Assembly: GCA_964016885.1 (NCBI GenBank) | Contig: OZ024762.1 | Coordinates: 28,148,001 to 28,212,000 of the forward strand | Direction of reading: 5' to 3' | DNA: 64,000 nucleotides | From: Eledone cirrhosa | Taxonomy: Eukaryota | Notes under the pieces: generated by a model | Told to the model about the DNA's origin: nothing | Database searches by the model: none | Seen by the model: only the letters and a program-made list of their open reading frames with translations | Program-made: the position numbers and the translations under genes | Part shown: positions 12,430 through 25,941 of the stretch, piece by piece | Layout: the number at the start of each line of letters is the position of its first letter | Numbering within the stretch: position 1 is the first letter of the stretch

Positions 12430-13080
12430 CTAGGTGTGTATGTGTGGATTTATCTACCAGCAGTGGCTTCTTTGCATCCGTGCCAAGTGATGTTGGTTGC
12501 CATCAGGCTTTTTTGGAACGTTTGTCACCAGGTGATCCTGGGGCAACCCCGCTTCCGTTTGCTCCCAGGTGGAGTCTATTTCATTGCTGTTTTCGAGTGT
12601 TTGTTAGGCAGGTGCAGAATATGGCCAGCCAGGTGGCACCAGCGCTCTGTGACCATCCACGACTCGGCTCTCCGCAGGATTTCCTCGTTTCACACTGTCA
12701 CACTAGGACACACGAAGGATCATTTGCAGGCACCACTGATTGAATGTGTTCAGTCGTCTGTATCTTTGTCGTACTCTTCCAGGTGTCACTCGTGTAAAAC
12801 ACTATCTTGTACAGGTGCAGTTTGATCCTGGTGCTGATGCATGAAGACAACTAGACTGGGCGCATCTGCTGGAAAACTGCAGCTCCTTTGCCAATCCGAC
12901 AGTTGATGTCGAGCTCGGCGTCACCATTTTTTGCCAGGATGCTGCCCAGACAGGTGAAGTGATCGACTTCTTCCAGGTCTTGTTGGTTGACTCTGACTGC
13001 TGGAACTGTGTGGTTGGCTGTCCTCATCACATTGGTCTTTTTGGTGTTGATTCTCAGACTGATCTTTTCTGCCAATCTAC
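12430..13080 (-). mobile_element. RTE-type LINE fragment (second family)
   Basis: LRINTKKT...EEVDHFTCLGS...DINCRIGK post-RT region; frameshifted. Confidence 0.75.
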
Positions 13081-13688
13081 CATCATCATCATCATGAATA
13101 TCTTCAATCACAGTCAATCACCAATTGGTGTCAGTTCATAGTTGCGGGTCCATATCCAATTATCCCATTCCTCTCTCATGCGCCTTAAAAGTCTTGTTTA
13201 ATGAACCATCAAGGAGTTGTAATTGAGAAGTTAGTCCACCACATATGAGAGCTATTTCAGTGTCTAAGTTCTTTACCCTCCTTACTCTATTCTTAGCCAT
13301 ACATGCACGAAATTGGTCTCAAACAAGAAGGTATACTTTCGAAAAATTGAAACAGTCTAAATATTCCCTATTTTTTAAGTATAAAAGTTTTACATATGGT
13401 AACTACTCCAAACCTGACCTTTACCTTATAAGACGCACAGTGATATTGAAGGTCAAATTTTAGGGAAAAAAGCATGCTATATTTGAAAAAATATGGTATA
13501 TATATGTATATATATATATATATATATATACCATACCATATATATACATATATATATATACCACACGCACACACACACTCTCTCTTTCCCTTTCTCTCTT
13601 TCCCTTTCTCTCTCTCTCTCTCTCTGAGGACATGTAATATAGCTGTTATGATGTGCTGTGTGTAATGTTTCTATTGTTACTATTTCAG

Positions 13689-13810
13689 GAAGGTGATGCT
13701 GAAATCGCTGCCAAAATGCAAGACTTGGCTCTTGGAGAAGGTGCTTTACCAAAACATCTCCACACTGCAATGTTCACACAAAGTGCCGATAGTCGGATGT
13801 TAACCAACAG
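13689..13810 (+). CDS. DNAJC13: DNAJC13 exon 7: [41 protein letters not shown]
   Basis: tttcag / gtgagt; conserved peptide. Confidence 0.95.
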
Positions 13811-14679
13811 GTGAGTTAGTAAAACTACTACAATGTATATTCTGTAAAATAAAAGGGGAGGCCAGAGTAGAGAGGACCCTTTTGCTGTGCCACTGTCTGG
13901 CAACCTCTCTAGTGTTGATCTACACAATAAATGCGCCCACTACACTCTGTAAATTGGTTGGTGATAGGAAGGGCATCCAGCCATAGAAAACTTGCCAAAT
14001 AAAGGGTTAGAAGGACCCTTCATTTGTCACTAATATATTTCTTCATTGTACCGTGTTGTTTGCTTTGTTTTTTCCATTCACTGTTTGCTAGCGTGGAAGA
14101 ACGGGTGTAAAACGGTGAGACACAAAGCAGGCTTTGTTTACAAACAGCTTGCGAATTTGAAAATTAAGTACAAATATATGCTGTATTTGACTGAATAGAA
14201 TTAGTCTGTTAGTTGGGATATTGATGTCATGGGACACGAACCCACATTTTTGGTTTGCCGGACCAATATGTTACCATTACACCAACACGCCACTAATGCT
14301 TCCTGCCATTCAATTAAAAGCTATATGTAAAAAATTATAAAACTAAATTGTTTAGAACACCAACTACAAGTGAAGTCATTCTTTTCCTTTTTTATATGTA
14401 TATATAAATATCCCACCATCCTCCCATTCCGTCCACTGTGTCAATGACACAACAGTCCACACTGTAAGGTGGTCATGTAGGAGACACGGTAAAAAGGCTC
14501 CCAGTCCACATTGTAAATGCGGTTGGTGTTAGGAAGGGCATCCAGCTGTAAAAAACCTGCCAGAGACACTTTCGTACGGGTGAGACATAGTCTCCCAACC
14601 ATTCTTGCATCAAATAGAACAAAACCGTCTAACTCATGCTAGCGTGGGAGATGGACGTTAAACGATGATGATATATATA

Positions 14680-17085
14680 TCATCATCATTTTACGTCCGC
14701 TTTTCCCTGCTTGCAAGGGTGGGACGGGTCTTATTCAGCACAGCATCTCTCCACTTGTCACAGTCCTTCGTCATCTCCACCGTGAGCTTCAGCGATCTGA
14801 GGTCTGTTCTCACCACCTCCGCCCATGTTTTTCGTGGTCTACCTCTACCACGTCTTCCTTCAACTGGCATTTCCTGGCACTTCTTCACCCATCAGTCATC
14901 CTCCATGCGCATCATATGTCCATTCCACCTCAGTCTCCTCTCTCGCACACTACATTCTATCCCTCGCAGACACAGTTTCTCTCTCAACACATTTATGCTG
15001 TGTCGATCATGCACATTGACATTGCACATCCAATGGAGCATGCTTCCCTCATTTCTCTCCAGCCGTCGCATATCCTCTACAGTTGCTGCCCATATCTCAC
15101 TACCATGCAGCATCACGCTCCTCACACATGCTTCATATAACCGGCCTTTCGTACGCAGAGAGAAACCCTTCTTCGTCAGCAGAGGAAGCAGTTCCCTAAA
15201 CTTCTTCCAACCCGTCCTTATTCTAGATACTATGGCCTCGGAACACCCCCCTACCAGGCTAATCTGATCTTCTAGGTATCGGAAGCTATCCACCACTTCT
15301 ATAGCACCCACCTGCATTTGAAAAATGTGTCTATCAATGCGACTTCTACTGTTTAATTTCCCTGTACCACTACTGCATACGTATTTCTCCCTACCTGTTA
15401 GTTTGCCTGCTATCACCTCGTGTACCCAGGATCTGCATTGTGTGCATTTTATAGAATTTATGCCAGTTGCTTTTCTGCATATCGAACATAGCCATTTCCC
15501 TGACGGAATCAGGGTTTTGTCCTCTTTTCTACTCAACACTTTTGTCTTAGCTAGGTTCACTCTCAGTCCTCTTGCTTTCAACTGCTGTTTCTATAGCCAG
15601 AATTTATTCTCTAGCTCCTCTACTGATTCTGCTATATGAACCAGATCGTCAGCATAGAGAAGTTCCCATGGACAGCCAGTCTTAAACACCTCTGTTATGG
15701 CTTGGAGGGCTATAATGAACAAGAGCAGGCTGAGGACTGAACCATGATGTCTGGAATTCCTCACTAAACTCCATTCCTACCCTGACTTTACTGGCAGCAC
15801 CTCTGTATAAAACTTGCACTGTCCTCACAAGCCATTCCTCAACACCTAATTTCCTTAGGGACCACCAGGTCAACAAAGGCTAAGTATAGTGGCTTATTCT
15901 TCTCTAAGAACCTCTCTTGTAATTGTCTCACCAAGAAGAGGGCATCTGTTGTACTCTTCCCAGGCACAAAACCAAACTGCATCTCATCTAGTTTGACCCT
16001 TTCTCTAATTAGTTGTGTTAATATCCTTTCTGCCACTTTCATAACCTGATCCATCAGTTTTATACCCCTATAATTGCTCCTCTCCAGAACATCCCCTTTA
16101 CCTTTGTAGCAATTTATGAGAATACTGTTGTACCAGTCTTTGGGTATGACACCACCATATATAGCCTGATAGATGAAGCGTGCAACCAGTTTAGTACCTA
16201 CGTCCCCTGATTCCTTCAGCATCTCAGCAACTATCCCCGAAGGTCCAGCAGCCTTACCATTTTTCATTTCCTTAATCGCCTCTTGGACCCTGTATTCATA
16301 ATCTCAAAAGCTGGTCCCTTTGTCGGATCTACTGAGGGTAATTTCTCTCTCTCCCATTCGTTCTCCACATTCATCAGTCTCTCATAATGACATTTCCAGG
16401 CCTCCTTTTTCTGATCATTCGTGACGCTAAGTTCACCGGCATCATTCCGGACACATTTATCTCCAACAACATCCTGATTTGTATTGATACACTGCCTTGC
16501 AATGTGGAACACCGCACGCCTCTGATCTTCCCGTCGCAGTACATTGGCAAACCTCCTACTCTCAGCCTCCCTGCGTACTAAGTACACCTGACGTCTAGCT
16601 TCTCTCTTAGCGGCTGTATATCCTTCTCTACTCCCACCCTTTTTCCAAGCCTTCCATGCTAGTCTTTTGTCTCTAATGGCCTTATCTACTGTGCTGTTCC
16701 ACCACCAGGTCACTCTCTGTCTGGTTGGAGCTCTGCTCCAGCCACAAGTTTCATCAGTAGCCTGCAGTAAGTTGTCACGTAAGAAATTCCAGTTATTATC
16801 TATGTCCTACGTCTCTAAATCGTCTTCTTTTTCGTCATACACATCTTGAAGGGCTTTCCTAAATTTGTATTTTAGTGAAAGGTCTTTTAGCTTCCAGACC
16901 TTTCTTCTCCACACCTTCCTGTATGTCTCATTCCATCTCTTGCTTACTGAGATATCACTAACGACTAACCTATGCTGTGGGGTACATTCTTCCCCAGGGT
17001 ATGCCTTGGTATTTGACACCATCTGCCTGTCCCGCTGCCTAACTAGTAAGAAGTCAATCTGGCTTATGTGCTCGCCTGATATACA
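14680..17085 (-). mobile_element. RTE LINE, 5'-truncated, decayed (end of APE, RT, PHD-like finger)
   Basis: ORF pieces SQIDFLL, TWWWN, GKAAGPSG, NYRGIKL, QFGFVPG, YADD (tatgctgacgat on minus), FRYL, GRPRKTW; (GAT)n tail. Confidence 0.92.
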
Positions 17086-17087
17086 TA

Positions 17088-17968
17088 CAGGGTGCGGACG
17101 ATATTTGTTCGCAAGTTTCAACTGCTAATTTTATGCAAATTTTTTTTACTTCCGTTGTCACTCTTGTCTTCATAAAAACAGTGACTATATTTCCATTATT
17201 TATTTTCAGAATAATTGATTATGAATAATTTTGAACCTCCAAATTTGTGGAAGAGACACAGTGTTCTTCTTGGAATCCGTGCCGGGAGGTCAAATAAGAC
17301 CAGAAGATCAACTCCCAGAACAACAGGTGGCTCGCTGTCTCATCCAAAGACATGCCCAGAGTCATGCAGACAAAGTTTCCAGCAACAACATTGGTCTTAG
17401 GTGTCATCAGCAGTCAAGGTGACATCATGCCACCTCATTTCTTCCCTGAGGGCCTTAAGCTGAACACCGATTGCTACATCCGCGTTCTGAGCGAGGTAGT
17501 AAAGCCCTGGATCGACCAGGTAGCTGCAGGTAGGCCGTACGTTTGGCAGCAAGACTCAGCGCCCTGCCATACCAGCCGAAAGACCCGAGCCTGGCTGTCG
17601 GAGAACTTCATCGACCACACTTCACCTGACATCTGGCCTCCCAGCTAGCCTGACTGCAACCCCCTCGACTTCTTTGTGTGGGGTGCAGTGGAACGAGACA
17701 CCAACAGATCTAGCTGCAATACGAAAGACGATCTGAAGGCCAAGATCACAAGTGCCTTTAGGGGCCTAAGTCGGGGGACAGTGACGAAGGCCTGTAGCCA
17801 GTTCCGAGGCCGTCATCAAAGCCAATGGAGGGTTTATTGAGTGAGATCGAAAGAACAAGTCATGAAGACAAACTGACCCAAGTTTGATAAATATATCTTA
17901 AAAAATAAAACTACTGTGTTATTTTTTCCTAGACAGTAATCTTGCGAACAAATATCGTCCGCACCCTG
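17088..17968 (+). mobile_element. Tc1/mariner superfamily, DD37D (maT-type) transposon, internally deleted
   Basis: TIRs CAGGGTGCGGACGATATTTGTTCGCAAG; TA TSD; WQQDSAPCH...WPPS*PDCNPLD with 37 residues between the last two catalytic Asp. Confidence 0.9.
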
Positions 17969-17979
17969 TATATATATAT

Positions 17980-18215
17980 ACACACACACCACGCACCACA
18001 CACACAACACACACACACCACGCAACACACACACACCATGCACCACACACACCATGCACCACACACACCATGCACCACACACACCACACACCATGCACCA
18101 CACACCACACACACACACACCACACACACCACACACCACACACACCACACACCACACACACCACACACACCACACCACCACCACACACCACACACCACAC
18201 CACACACCACACACA
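17980..18215. repeat. CAC/CA low-complexity repeat
   Basis: Visible periodicity. Confidence 0.9.
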
Positions 18216-18299
18216 CTCTCTCTTTTCTGTTGACAATAATTGTTTATTAATGAAGATGGAAAAATAAATTCTAAGAACAGTTTCTTTAATGTATTGTAG

Positions 18300-18375
18300 A
18301 CAGTTGAGTCGTCATTTAGTTGGACTATGGGTGACAGGCCACCCCACAGCTATGCATTTGCTTGGGAGAATAATG
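18300..18375 (+). CDS. DNAJC13: DNAJC13 exon 8: QLSRHLVGLWVTGHPTAMHLLGRIM
   Basis: ttgtag / gtaagt; conserved QLSRHLVGLW. Confidence 0.93.
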
Positions 18376-18394
18376 GTAAGTTATTTCTTAAATC

Positions 18395-19130
18395 TTTAGC
18401 ATTTACATTACTCTATATATATACTATTATATTTTCACGGTAAAGGCTTTACTTCACATAATATCACAGTATTTACATTACTATATATATACTATTGTAT
18501 TTTCACAGTAATATCTCACATAATATCTCATATAACATTTACATGACTGTATATATATATACTATTATATTTTCACAGTAAAGGCTTTACCTCACATAAT
18601 ATCTCACATAATATTTACATGACTGTATATATACTATTATATTTTCGTGGTAAAAAATTTACCTCACATAAATATCTCGCATATCATTTACATTACTCTA
18701 TATATACTATTGTATTTTCACAGTAAAGGCTTTACCTCACATAATATCTCACATAGCATTTACATTACTATATATATACTATTATATTTTCGGCAGTATC
18801 GATAGTCGGACACCATGCTTTGAAGCATAGTGTTACGTCCCTTTATGATCCGAGTTCAAATCCCGCCAAAGTTAACTTTGCCTTTCATCCTTACGGGGTC
18901 AATAAAATAAAGTACCAGTAATGTACTGGGTAATTGCTGGCCTTGTGTCAAAAGTAGAAACAATTATATTTTCACTGTAAAGACTTCACCTCATATAAAT
19001 ATCTTGCATAACATTTACATTACTCTATATTTACTATTGTATTTTCATGGTAAAGACCTAATTACCTCACATAATTATCTCACATAATATAGAATCTACG
19101 AGATTTTCATGACGTTATTATTTTGAGAGT
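18395..19130. repeat. Tandemly amplified ~70-bp piggyBac-MITE subterminal unit, interrupted by a SINE (18791-18965)
   Basis: Repeated CATTTACATTACT...TATTTTCAC.GTAAAGGCTTTACCTCACATAAT; the same motif lies inside the TTAA MITEs. Confidence 0.7.
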
Positions 19131-19250
19131 AAGTGTGTTTTACGATATATTTTCTGGCAAAATTAGAACATAACCCTCCCTAAATATAACAATATCTGTT
19201 TCAACAGACAATTTCATGTTTTTTTAATATTTTATCATCTTCTCTTCCAG

Positions 19251-19346
19251 CCCAGTGGCTTGCTGTCCTACCTTGACTCAACTGATGAAGTACCAACTAT
19301 AGAGGAAGACAAGCTACATGTTAGAGACAATGTAAAACTGGCCCAG
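19251..19346 (+). CDS. DNAJC13: DNAJC13 exon 9: PSGLLSYLDSTDEVPTIEEDKLHVRDNVKLAQ
   Basis: ttccag / gtatgg; conserved GLL.YL.S and HVRDNVK. Confidence 0.93.
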
Positions 19347-19878
19347 GTATGGAGTGTTCCCTCTTTTATTTAACTTGCCGCCTTCATCATCATCATCGTT
19401 TTAACATCTACTTTCTCTGCTAGCAAGGGTTGGACAGGTCTATATAGAGCAAGTCAGTACTGAAGCAGTAGCTACAGATCTGACAGACAAGCCAGGGATG
19501 TGTGTCTTGCTTATGTATGGTCTCACGTTTCACCAAGTACATAAGACAGGTTGTCATGACATTGTAACAACTGATGGTCCTCCCAATATATATATATAGC
19601 GCCCAGCCCGCACTGTAAAGTGGTTGTGTTGGTGTTGTGACAAAAAGCACCCAGTACTCACTGTAAATGAGGTTGGCTCTACGAAGGGCATCTCGCTGTA
19701 GAAATCAAGCCAGAATCAGTTCTGTGTCAGCAAGACATGTCACCTTACTTGATATTGTTCACATCATGACAACTTGTCGAACCCATGGTAGCGTGGAAAA
19801 ATTGACATTAATAGATGATGATGATGATGATAATTAAAATAAGTAGGAACGAGTTGTCAGAATATCATCATTAGTTTA

Positions 19879-19929
<51 letters not shown>

Positions 19930-20028
19930 TCATATGTATGTATATCATCATCATTCTATTTTCGTTTTTTTGTTTTGTTATATTTTTTAAAACATTATTT
20001 CTGTCTATTTTCTTTGTTGCTTATTCAG

Positions 20029-20142
20029 GATCGACAAAACAGACAAAAGAAAAATCCACAACTTCAATTAATAGAGAAAAAAATTGATCATTTTCTTCAA
20101 CATTGGCGAGCACAGATGGGGTTAGAATCCAGTAAAAAACAG
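20029..20142 (+). CDS. DNAJC13: DNAJC13 exon 10: DRQNRQKKNPQLQLIEKKIDHFLQHWRAQMGLESSKKQ
   Basis: attcag / gtatgt; HWR..MG motif; phase 0-0 fits. Confidence 0.88.
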
Positions 20143-20443
20143 GTATGTATCATGTCAGCATATTGGGTTGTGTTTGATAATTGTATATATATGATCAAAT
20201 ATGCGTGGCTGAGTGGTTAGAGAATTGGATTCGCAATCGTGAGGTTGTGATTTTGATTCCCAAACCGGGCAATGCATTATTTCCTTGAGCAAAACACTTT
20301 ATTTCACGTTGTTCCTTCTACCTGTATTTGCGAAAGACTGTCTATATATATATATATACGCACACACACATATATGTATACACACACCCACCAGTCGCCA
20401 GCACTTTCCTCTCACTATTATCTTCTCTCATTATTTCTGTTAG

Positions 20444-20569
20444 AACGATGTAAAACCTATTGTACTACGGAAGCGACGACAACGAATAAAGAGTGAGGCC
20501 AACTGGCTTTTGTTTTACCACCATTTCAACCACGACCATGCTAGACCCAATTTAATATGGAACTACAAG
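20444..20569 (+). CDS. DNAJC13: DNAJC13 exon 11: [42 protein letters not shown] (IWN repeat)
   Basis: tgttag / gtatgt; conserved LRKRRQRIK and LIWN. Confidence 0.95.
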
Positions 20570-21161
20570 GTATGTCCTATGTCCCCTTTGTTTGCTTTTA
20601 TACTTTATATTATTATTATTACTAGCAGAAAAACCACCCTGCTAGCATGTGTAGTGTGCATATTGATATTATATGCAAATATATATGCAAATATATATAC
20701 GTCAAATAAAATCGAAATTGAGAAAATGCACAGGAAATTGAAGAAAGATTGTTACACTCTCTCTGTAATCAGTAAAGTAATCTTAGACGATATATATAAA
20801 CTGCATTATGGTGAAATGTTATGGAAACGAAAAAGGAGAAAATTAGCGCTGGAAATATCAACCTTATATAATGATGCAAGTATATGAACGTTTATATAAG
20901 TGATGTGATATAGTGTACAGCTAAGTGATAAGATACAACGGATGCTAACCGAAGTATTGACATTTGAACATTTTTAAAGAAGTAAATCTTAAAATAAGCA
21001 ATATATAAAAATATTTGTTTAATCAAGAGCTACGGTTTAGTAGATAAATTATGTAATATTTATGATTTATTCAAAGTAATCCAACTTATTTTAATAACAT
21101 GTTCAGAAAAAATATCCCTGACAGTCTCACAGTCCACCAATCATTATATTTAAGATTATTA

Positions 21162-21760
21162 AGGGTGGTGGATTGGCAGAATCGGTAGAGTGTCGGACAA
21201 CATGCTTAGTGGCATAGTCATGGCCCTTTATGTTCTGAGTTCAAATCCTGCTGAGGTTAACTTTGCCTTTCACCCTTACTGGGTTGATAACATAAAGTAC
21301 CAGTAATGCACTGAGGTCGATTTAATTGACTTTCCCCTTCGCTCAAAATTGCTGGCTTTGTGCCTAAGTCAGAAACCATCATTACTGCTTTGCAGCAGAG
21401 AGTTATGGCCCTTTATGTTCTGAGTTAAAATCCCGCCGGGGTTAGCTTTGCCTTTCATCCTTACGAGGTTGATAAAATAAAGTACCAGTAATGCACTGGG
21501 GTCGATTTAATTGACTTTTCCTTTCCCCAAAACTGCTGGCCTTGTGCCTAAATCTGAAACCATTGTTATAATTAGGGTGATGGATTGGCAGAATCGGTAG
21601 AGCGTTGGACAACATGCTTAGCGGCATAGTTATAGCCCTTTACATTCTGAGTTCAAATCCTGCTGTGGTCGGCGTTGCCTTTCATCCTTACGAGGTTGAG
21701 AAAATAAAGTACCAGTAATGCACTGGGGCCGATTTAATCAACTTTCCCCTCTCTCCCCTA
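21162..21760 (+). mobile_element. Cluster of three tRNA-derived SINEs
   Basis: Same family as 4345. Confidence 0.8.
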
Positions 21761-21936
21761 AAAGTTCAGCAACTGAAAGATCAAACTGGTGCTAAACAAC
21801 AACAACAACAAAAAGCTGGTTGAGGATACACCTGTAACTGAACCTCAACAACAACACATTTCTTGTATTTCTTATAGGCACCGCTGAATTATGAAATCCC
21901 CCCCTTTTTTTTTATTCTTCTCTCGCCTGCCTTTAG

Positions 21937-22081
21937 ACACGGGAAGAACTACGAGAAGCTTTGGAGAATGAAATGCGGTCATTCAATGCTGACCGGGAGT
22001 TGGGGTCTAGCCACGTTATAGCATGGAACCATCAAGAATTTGAAGTACCTTTTATCTGCCTAAGTGATGAAATTAAAATAG
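21937..22081 (+). CDS. DNAJC13: DNAJC13 exon 12: [23 protein letters not shown]...WNHQEFEV...EIKIG
   Basis: ctttag / gtaagt; conserved peptide. Confidence 0.95.
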
Positions 22082-22244
22082 GTAAGTTTTGCTTTCTATA
22101 CCATTCTTTTGTATTAAACATTTTATTAAACATTCAATCCAGCTCAAATGTTAACCATTTAAAGTATTCACCCATCTGAAGAATTAGCCCTGTTATATAA
22201 TGCCACAGCTTACGTGTTCCCAATTCAACTGTTAGCCCTGTTAA

Positions 22245-22466
22245 CCCTTTTAGCATTTAAACCGGCCAAATCTGGCCAGAATTCTCTCACCTCTTTCTGT
22301 TCAAACTGGCCATAATCGGCTGCTCATACTTATGTTCAGGTATTGTTCTCAAAATAGATATCAAAATCTTATAGATTTCGATATAATGTGAGATAATTAT
22401 GAGAGATAAAGCCATCACCTTGGAAATACAGTAGTATATATAGAGAGTAATGTAAATGCTAAAGGG
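22245..22466. mobile_element. piggyBac-type MITE
   Basis: TTAA-CCCTTTTAGCATTTA ... TAAATGCTAAAGGG-TTAA. Confidence 0.8.
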
Positions 22467-22769
22467 TTAATGGGAATCCGGTAGAGATTACATTTAGCAG
22501 GAATACAGCATGACGGGGTTAAATCTATTTCCATTCAAGATCACTAACTCTTTGGTTATTTCAACTTTAGAAGGAATAGAATAGAGAATGGGTCACATCT
22601 GAGTAAGTTTGGCCTCTTATGAGGCTACATCTCATATACAATAGTGTCTAACCCATGCTAGCGTGGAAGAACGGACGTAAAACGATGATGAGAGTAATGT
22701 AGATACTATGTGAAATATTATGAGATAATAATTGTGAGGTAAAGCCTTTACCATGAAAATACAATATAT

Positions 22770-23007
22770 CTAAGGCAGGTAAAATTCCCAAGATCCATGG
22801 ACAAGTTCTCTCCAGTGGTCTCTGTCCTTCATCATCGCTGCCATGTCCTGTGTCTCCCACCAGAGACCAGTGTCTGTCCTTAGGACATCAATATATGTCA
22901 ACCTCAGTTTCCCTCTTCTAGTGTGTCCATGTAGGGGGTCCCACTGGAGCACTGAGTGCAGTGTCAACTCTGAATGTCAGTGAGCATGTCCATCTAACCT
23001 CAGTCTC
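22770..23007 (-). mobile_element. RTE LINE 3' fragment (same family as 3471-3775)
   Basis: TLHSVLQWDPLHGHT...WRELVHGSWEFY. Confidence 0.8.
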
Positions 23008-24151
23008 TATATATACAATAGTGTGTATATATATATATTAGTAAAAAGGAAAAGAAAATGCTGACAAATTTTTCCCAGTGAAAAATAGTTTAATTAGGAA
23101 TAAGTATAAATTAGTAATAAGTATTGGTTAGTATTTAGTTTTAAGTTTTTACCGGTTGCACATTTCTAATGCTTTTCAAAAATAATTTTGAGATAGAGCG
23201 CTCGTGATGTTTGCTCTAATCTGATCAGTTTTGGAAATTCTACCTGTTTTATGTGAAAAAGTGGCTCCAGAGGTATTAAGATTTGGTTGGTTGTTGAATG
23301 TCACGTGAATAAGTACTATAAATTCCGCGCCAATTCGTGTTGCAAAAATTCTTGTAGTCAAAACAATTTTGATTGGTCGGTAGAGGTCATGTGAATGTTA
23401 AAAATTGATTTTAGCGCGAACTGGTTTGGCGCCAAATGTAGGTTTGTCGAAGAGTGTCCTTTTTCGCTTGATTGAGTTGCACTCATGTTGAGAAGTCACT
23501 GAAAAACATGTCAATTAAGACAAATGTGTGTGTGTGTGTGTGTGTGTGTAGTAAAGAGGTTCATTGTTGTGATAATGGTCAGTAGGGATGTGTGTGTGAG
23601 TTGCAGTCATGTTGAAAGGTCAACAGTTCAGGTGTCTATTAACATGTTGAAACATATTTTTCAGCTCTTGTCTTATACGGAGTGTGTGTGTGTGTGTGTG
23701 GATGGACCAGTATTTTTGTGATACTGATAAAAATGGTGTACATTATTCGATATTTTCAGTCATTTGCAAAAACGATTCTCTCAAAAGAACATCAAAAACA
23801 TCAATAATAAGAGGTGAAATGATGTATAGTATTGTCATAACACCAAGGTGTGTGTGAGTGTCCAGATTGTACGTACTGCAAGGGGAATCCATTAGGCCCT
23901 GCCGTATGGGATACTTGTGTACAAATATGTATGTGCCCATCAATGTGCAATACATGTGCGTATGTGTGTGTGTGTGTGTCGGCACGTTTATATCTATAAA
24001 CATCAAAAGGTATGCAAATTTGTGTATATTTGTGTTGCACCATAGAACGTGTGTTTACGTATGTCATTGTTTTTATATGTGGATAGAAATGTATGTAGGA
24101 TGTATGCTGATGAAGGTATGTATGTTGACGTGTGTATGTTGTGGGTTCGTC

Positions 24152-24865
24152 TTAGGGAGAAGTGTTTAGACGGGGTCCGTATTTGTTAATAAAGTGAGAT
24201 TCCTTGCTGATGCGCTGGGTGTGGGTGGCATTATCTTTAAATTTGTAGAGGGGAAAGATTCTAAAGTTGGGATGATTTTGGGCGGCACAGGTATCAATGT
24301 GTTCACTCAGTGGTATTTTAATTTGGGATCTATGGACAGTCATGCGTTGGCGGAGGCTGTTTTTAGTCTGGCCTATGTATTGTTCTTGACAACCTGAGCA
24401 AGTTAATACATATATTAGATTTTCTGATGTGCATGTGAAATTGTGTTTTACTATAAAACGTTGTCCTTTGAAATAGAATTCCGAACCCTCTATTAGGTTG
24501 ATGCATATGCCACAGTTGGGTCTATCGCATTTTTTTACTGTGGGTTTTGTTGTTGTGGTTGGCAGTACTTTGGCATGTGTTAGGATGTTTTTCATTGACT
24601 TAGATTGTCTTTTGCACTTTATGATATCGTGTGTTCGAAGGATTTGGTTCATTCTATGGTCCTTTTTTAACACAGGGATGTTCTGGAGGATGGTGTCAAA
24701 GGCCTCATTGTTGAGGGGGTTGTGTGTGGAGATGTATGGAAGAGCTTTTAGTTTTGGTTGATTTACTTTAGGGTGTCTAAGGTCCTGGGTACTGAGTTTT
24801 AGGGCATGTTGGATTCCATTGTCAATTAGTAATGCAGGGTAGACCCTGCTTATGAGTGTGTCCTT
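24152..24865 (-). mobile_element. Penelope-like element fragment, GIY-YIG endonuclease; 3' UTR probably extends to ~23040
   Basis: KCDRPNCGIC zinc motif, NLIYVLTCSGCQEQYIGQT, RMTVH, ESHFI...LN. Confidence 0.88.
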
Positions 24866-25093
24866 ATATATATGTATATATGTGTGTGTCCTTATATATA
24901 TGTATATATACAGAGAGAGAGAGTGTAATGTAAATTCTAAAGGGTTAAACATTCCATCCAGCTCAGCTGTTAGCCTAGTAATACAATGTTCCTAACCCAA
25001 TTGTTAGCCTAGCTGCTGTCCTAGCTCAGACACAGGCATGTTATTTTATCCCACTTTATAGAGTTAACCCTATATTTCTTTACCCGACAACAG

Positions 25094-25163
25094 GTGATTA
25101 TTATCTTCGTTTACTGCTGGAGGAGGGCGAAGAATCCACTGAAACATTTGGTATAAAGCGCTC
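25094..25163 (+). CDS. DNAJC13: DNAJC13 exon 13: DYYLRLLLEEGEESTETFGIKRS
   Basis: caacag / gtaagt; conserved GDYYLRLLLEE. Confidence 0.95.
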
Positions 25164-25174
25164 GTAAGTAACAC

Positions 25175-25211
<37 letters not shown>

Positions 25212-25552
25212 TTACATATTTACATCGTCTAAACCCATGCTAGCTTGGAAGATAGATGTTAAATGATGAAAGATATGTAAACAAATATATACATATGTAT
25301 ATGCAGCATCGTTTAATGTCCATTTTCCACACTAGCATGGGTTGGACGTGTTGTCCCATTAGAGGCAAGTTGGGTCAGGTGACTGTGTCCTGCTCATATA
25401 GAACCATTTCTGGCGAAGTTTCTATGGCTGGATGCTCTTCCTAACGCCAACCACATTTACAATGTGGGCTGGGTCCTTTTTGATGTGACTCCTACATGAC
25501 CACTTGATAGTGAATGTAACACTTGCTTGTATATATATATGTGTACATTGTA

Positions 25553-25870
25553 CATCATCATCATCATTTTACGTCCACTTTTCCCTGCTTGCAAGGGTGG
25601 CACAGGTCCTATTCAGCACAGCATCTCTCCACTTGTCATGCTCCTTCGTCATCTCCATCATGAGCTTCAGTGATCTGAGGTCTGCTCTCACCACCTCCGC
25701 CAATGTGTTTCGTGGTCTTCCTCTACTGCGTTTTCCTTCTACTGGGATTTCTTGGCACTTCTTCACCCAGCGGTCATCCTCCATGCGCATCACATGTCCA
25801 CACCATCGCATTCTTCTCTCCTGAACACAACTTATCCATCTTATACACAGTTTCTCTCTCAACTCATCTA
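25553..25870 (-). mobile_element. RTE LINE 3' fragment
   Basis: RRMRWCGHVMRMEDD...GRPRNT; (GAT)n tail. Confidence 0.85.
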
Positions 25871-25941
25871 TGCTTGTTCGTACATATATAAACTAATATA
25901 TATATGTATTTATATGTATGTATATATATATATTATATATA

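Noticed and set aside
20622-21155. Second Helitron-like element (CTAG end, AGAT start)
   Set aside because: Terminal hairpin not clearly present; too weak to call
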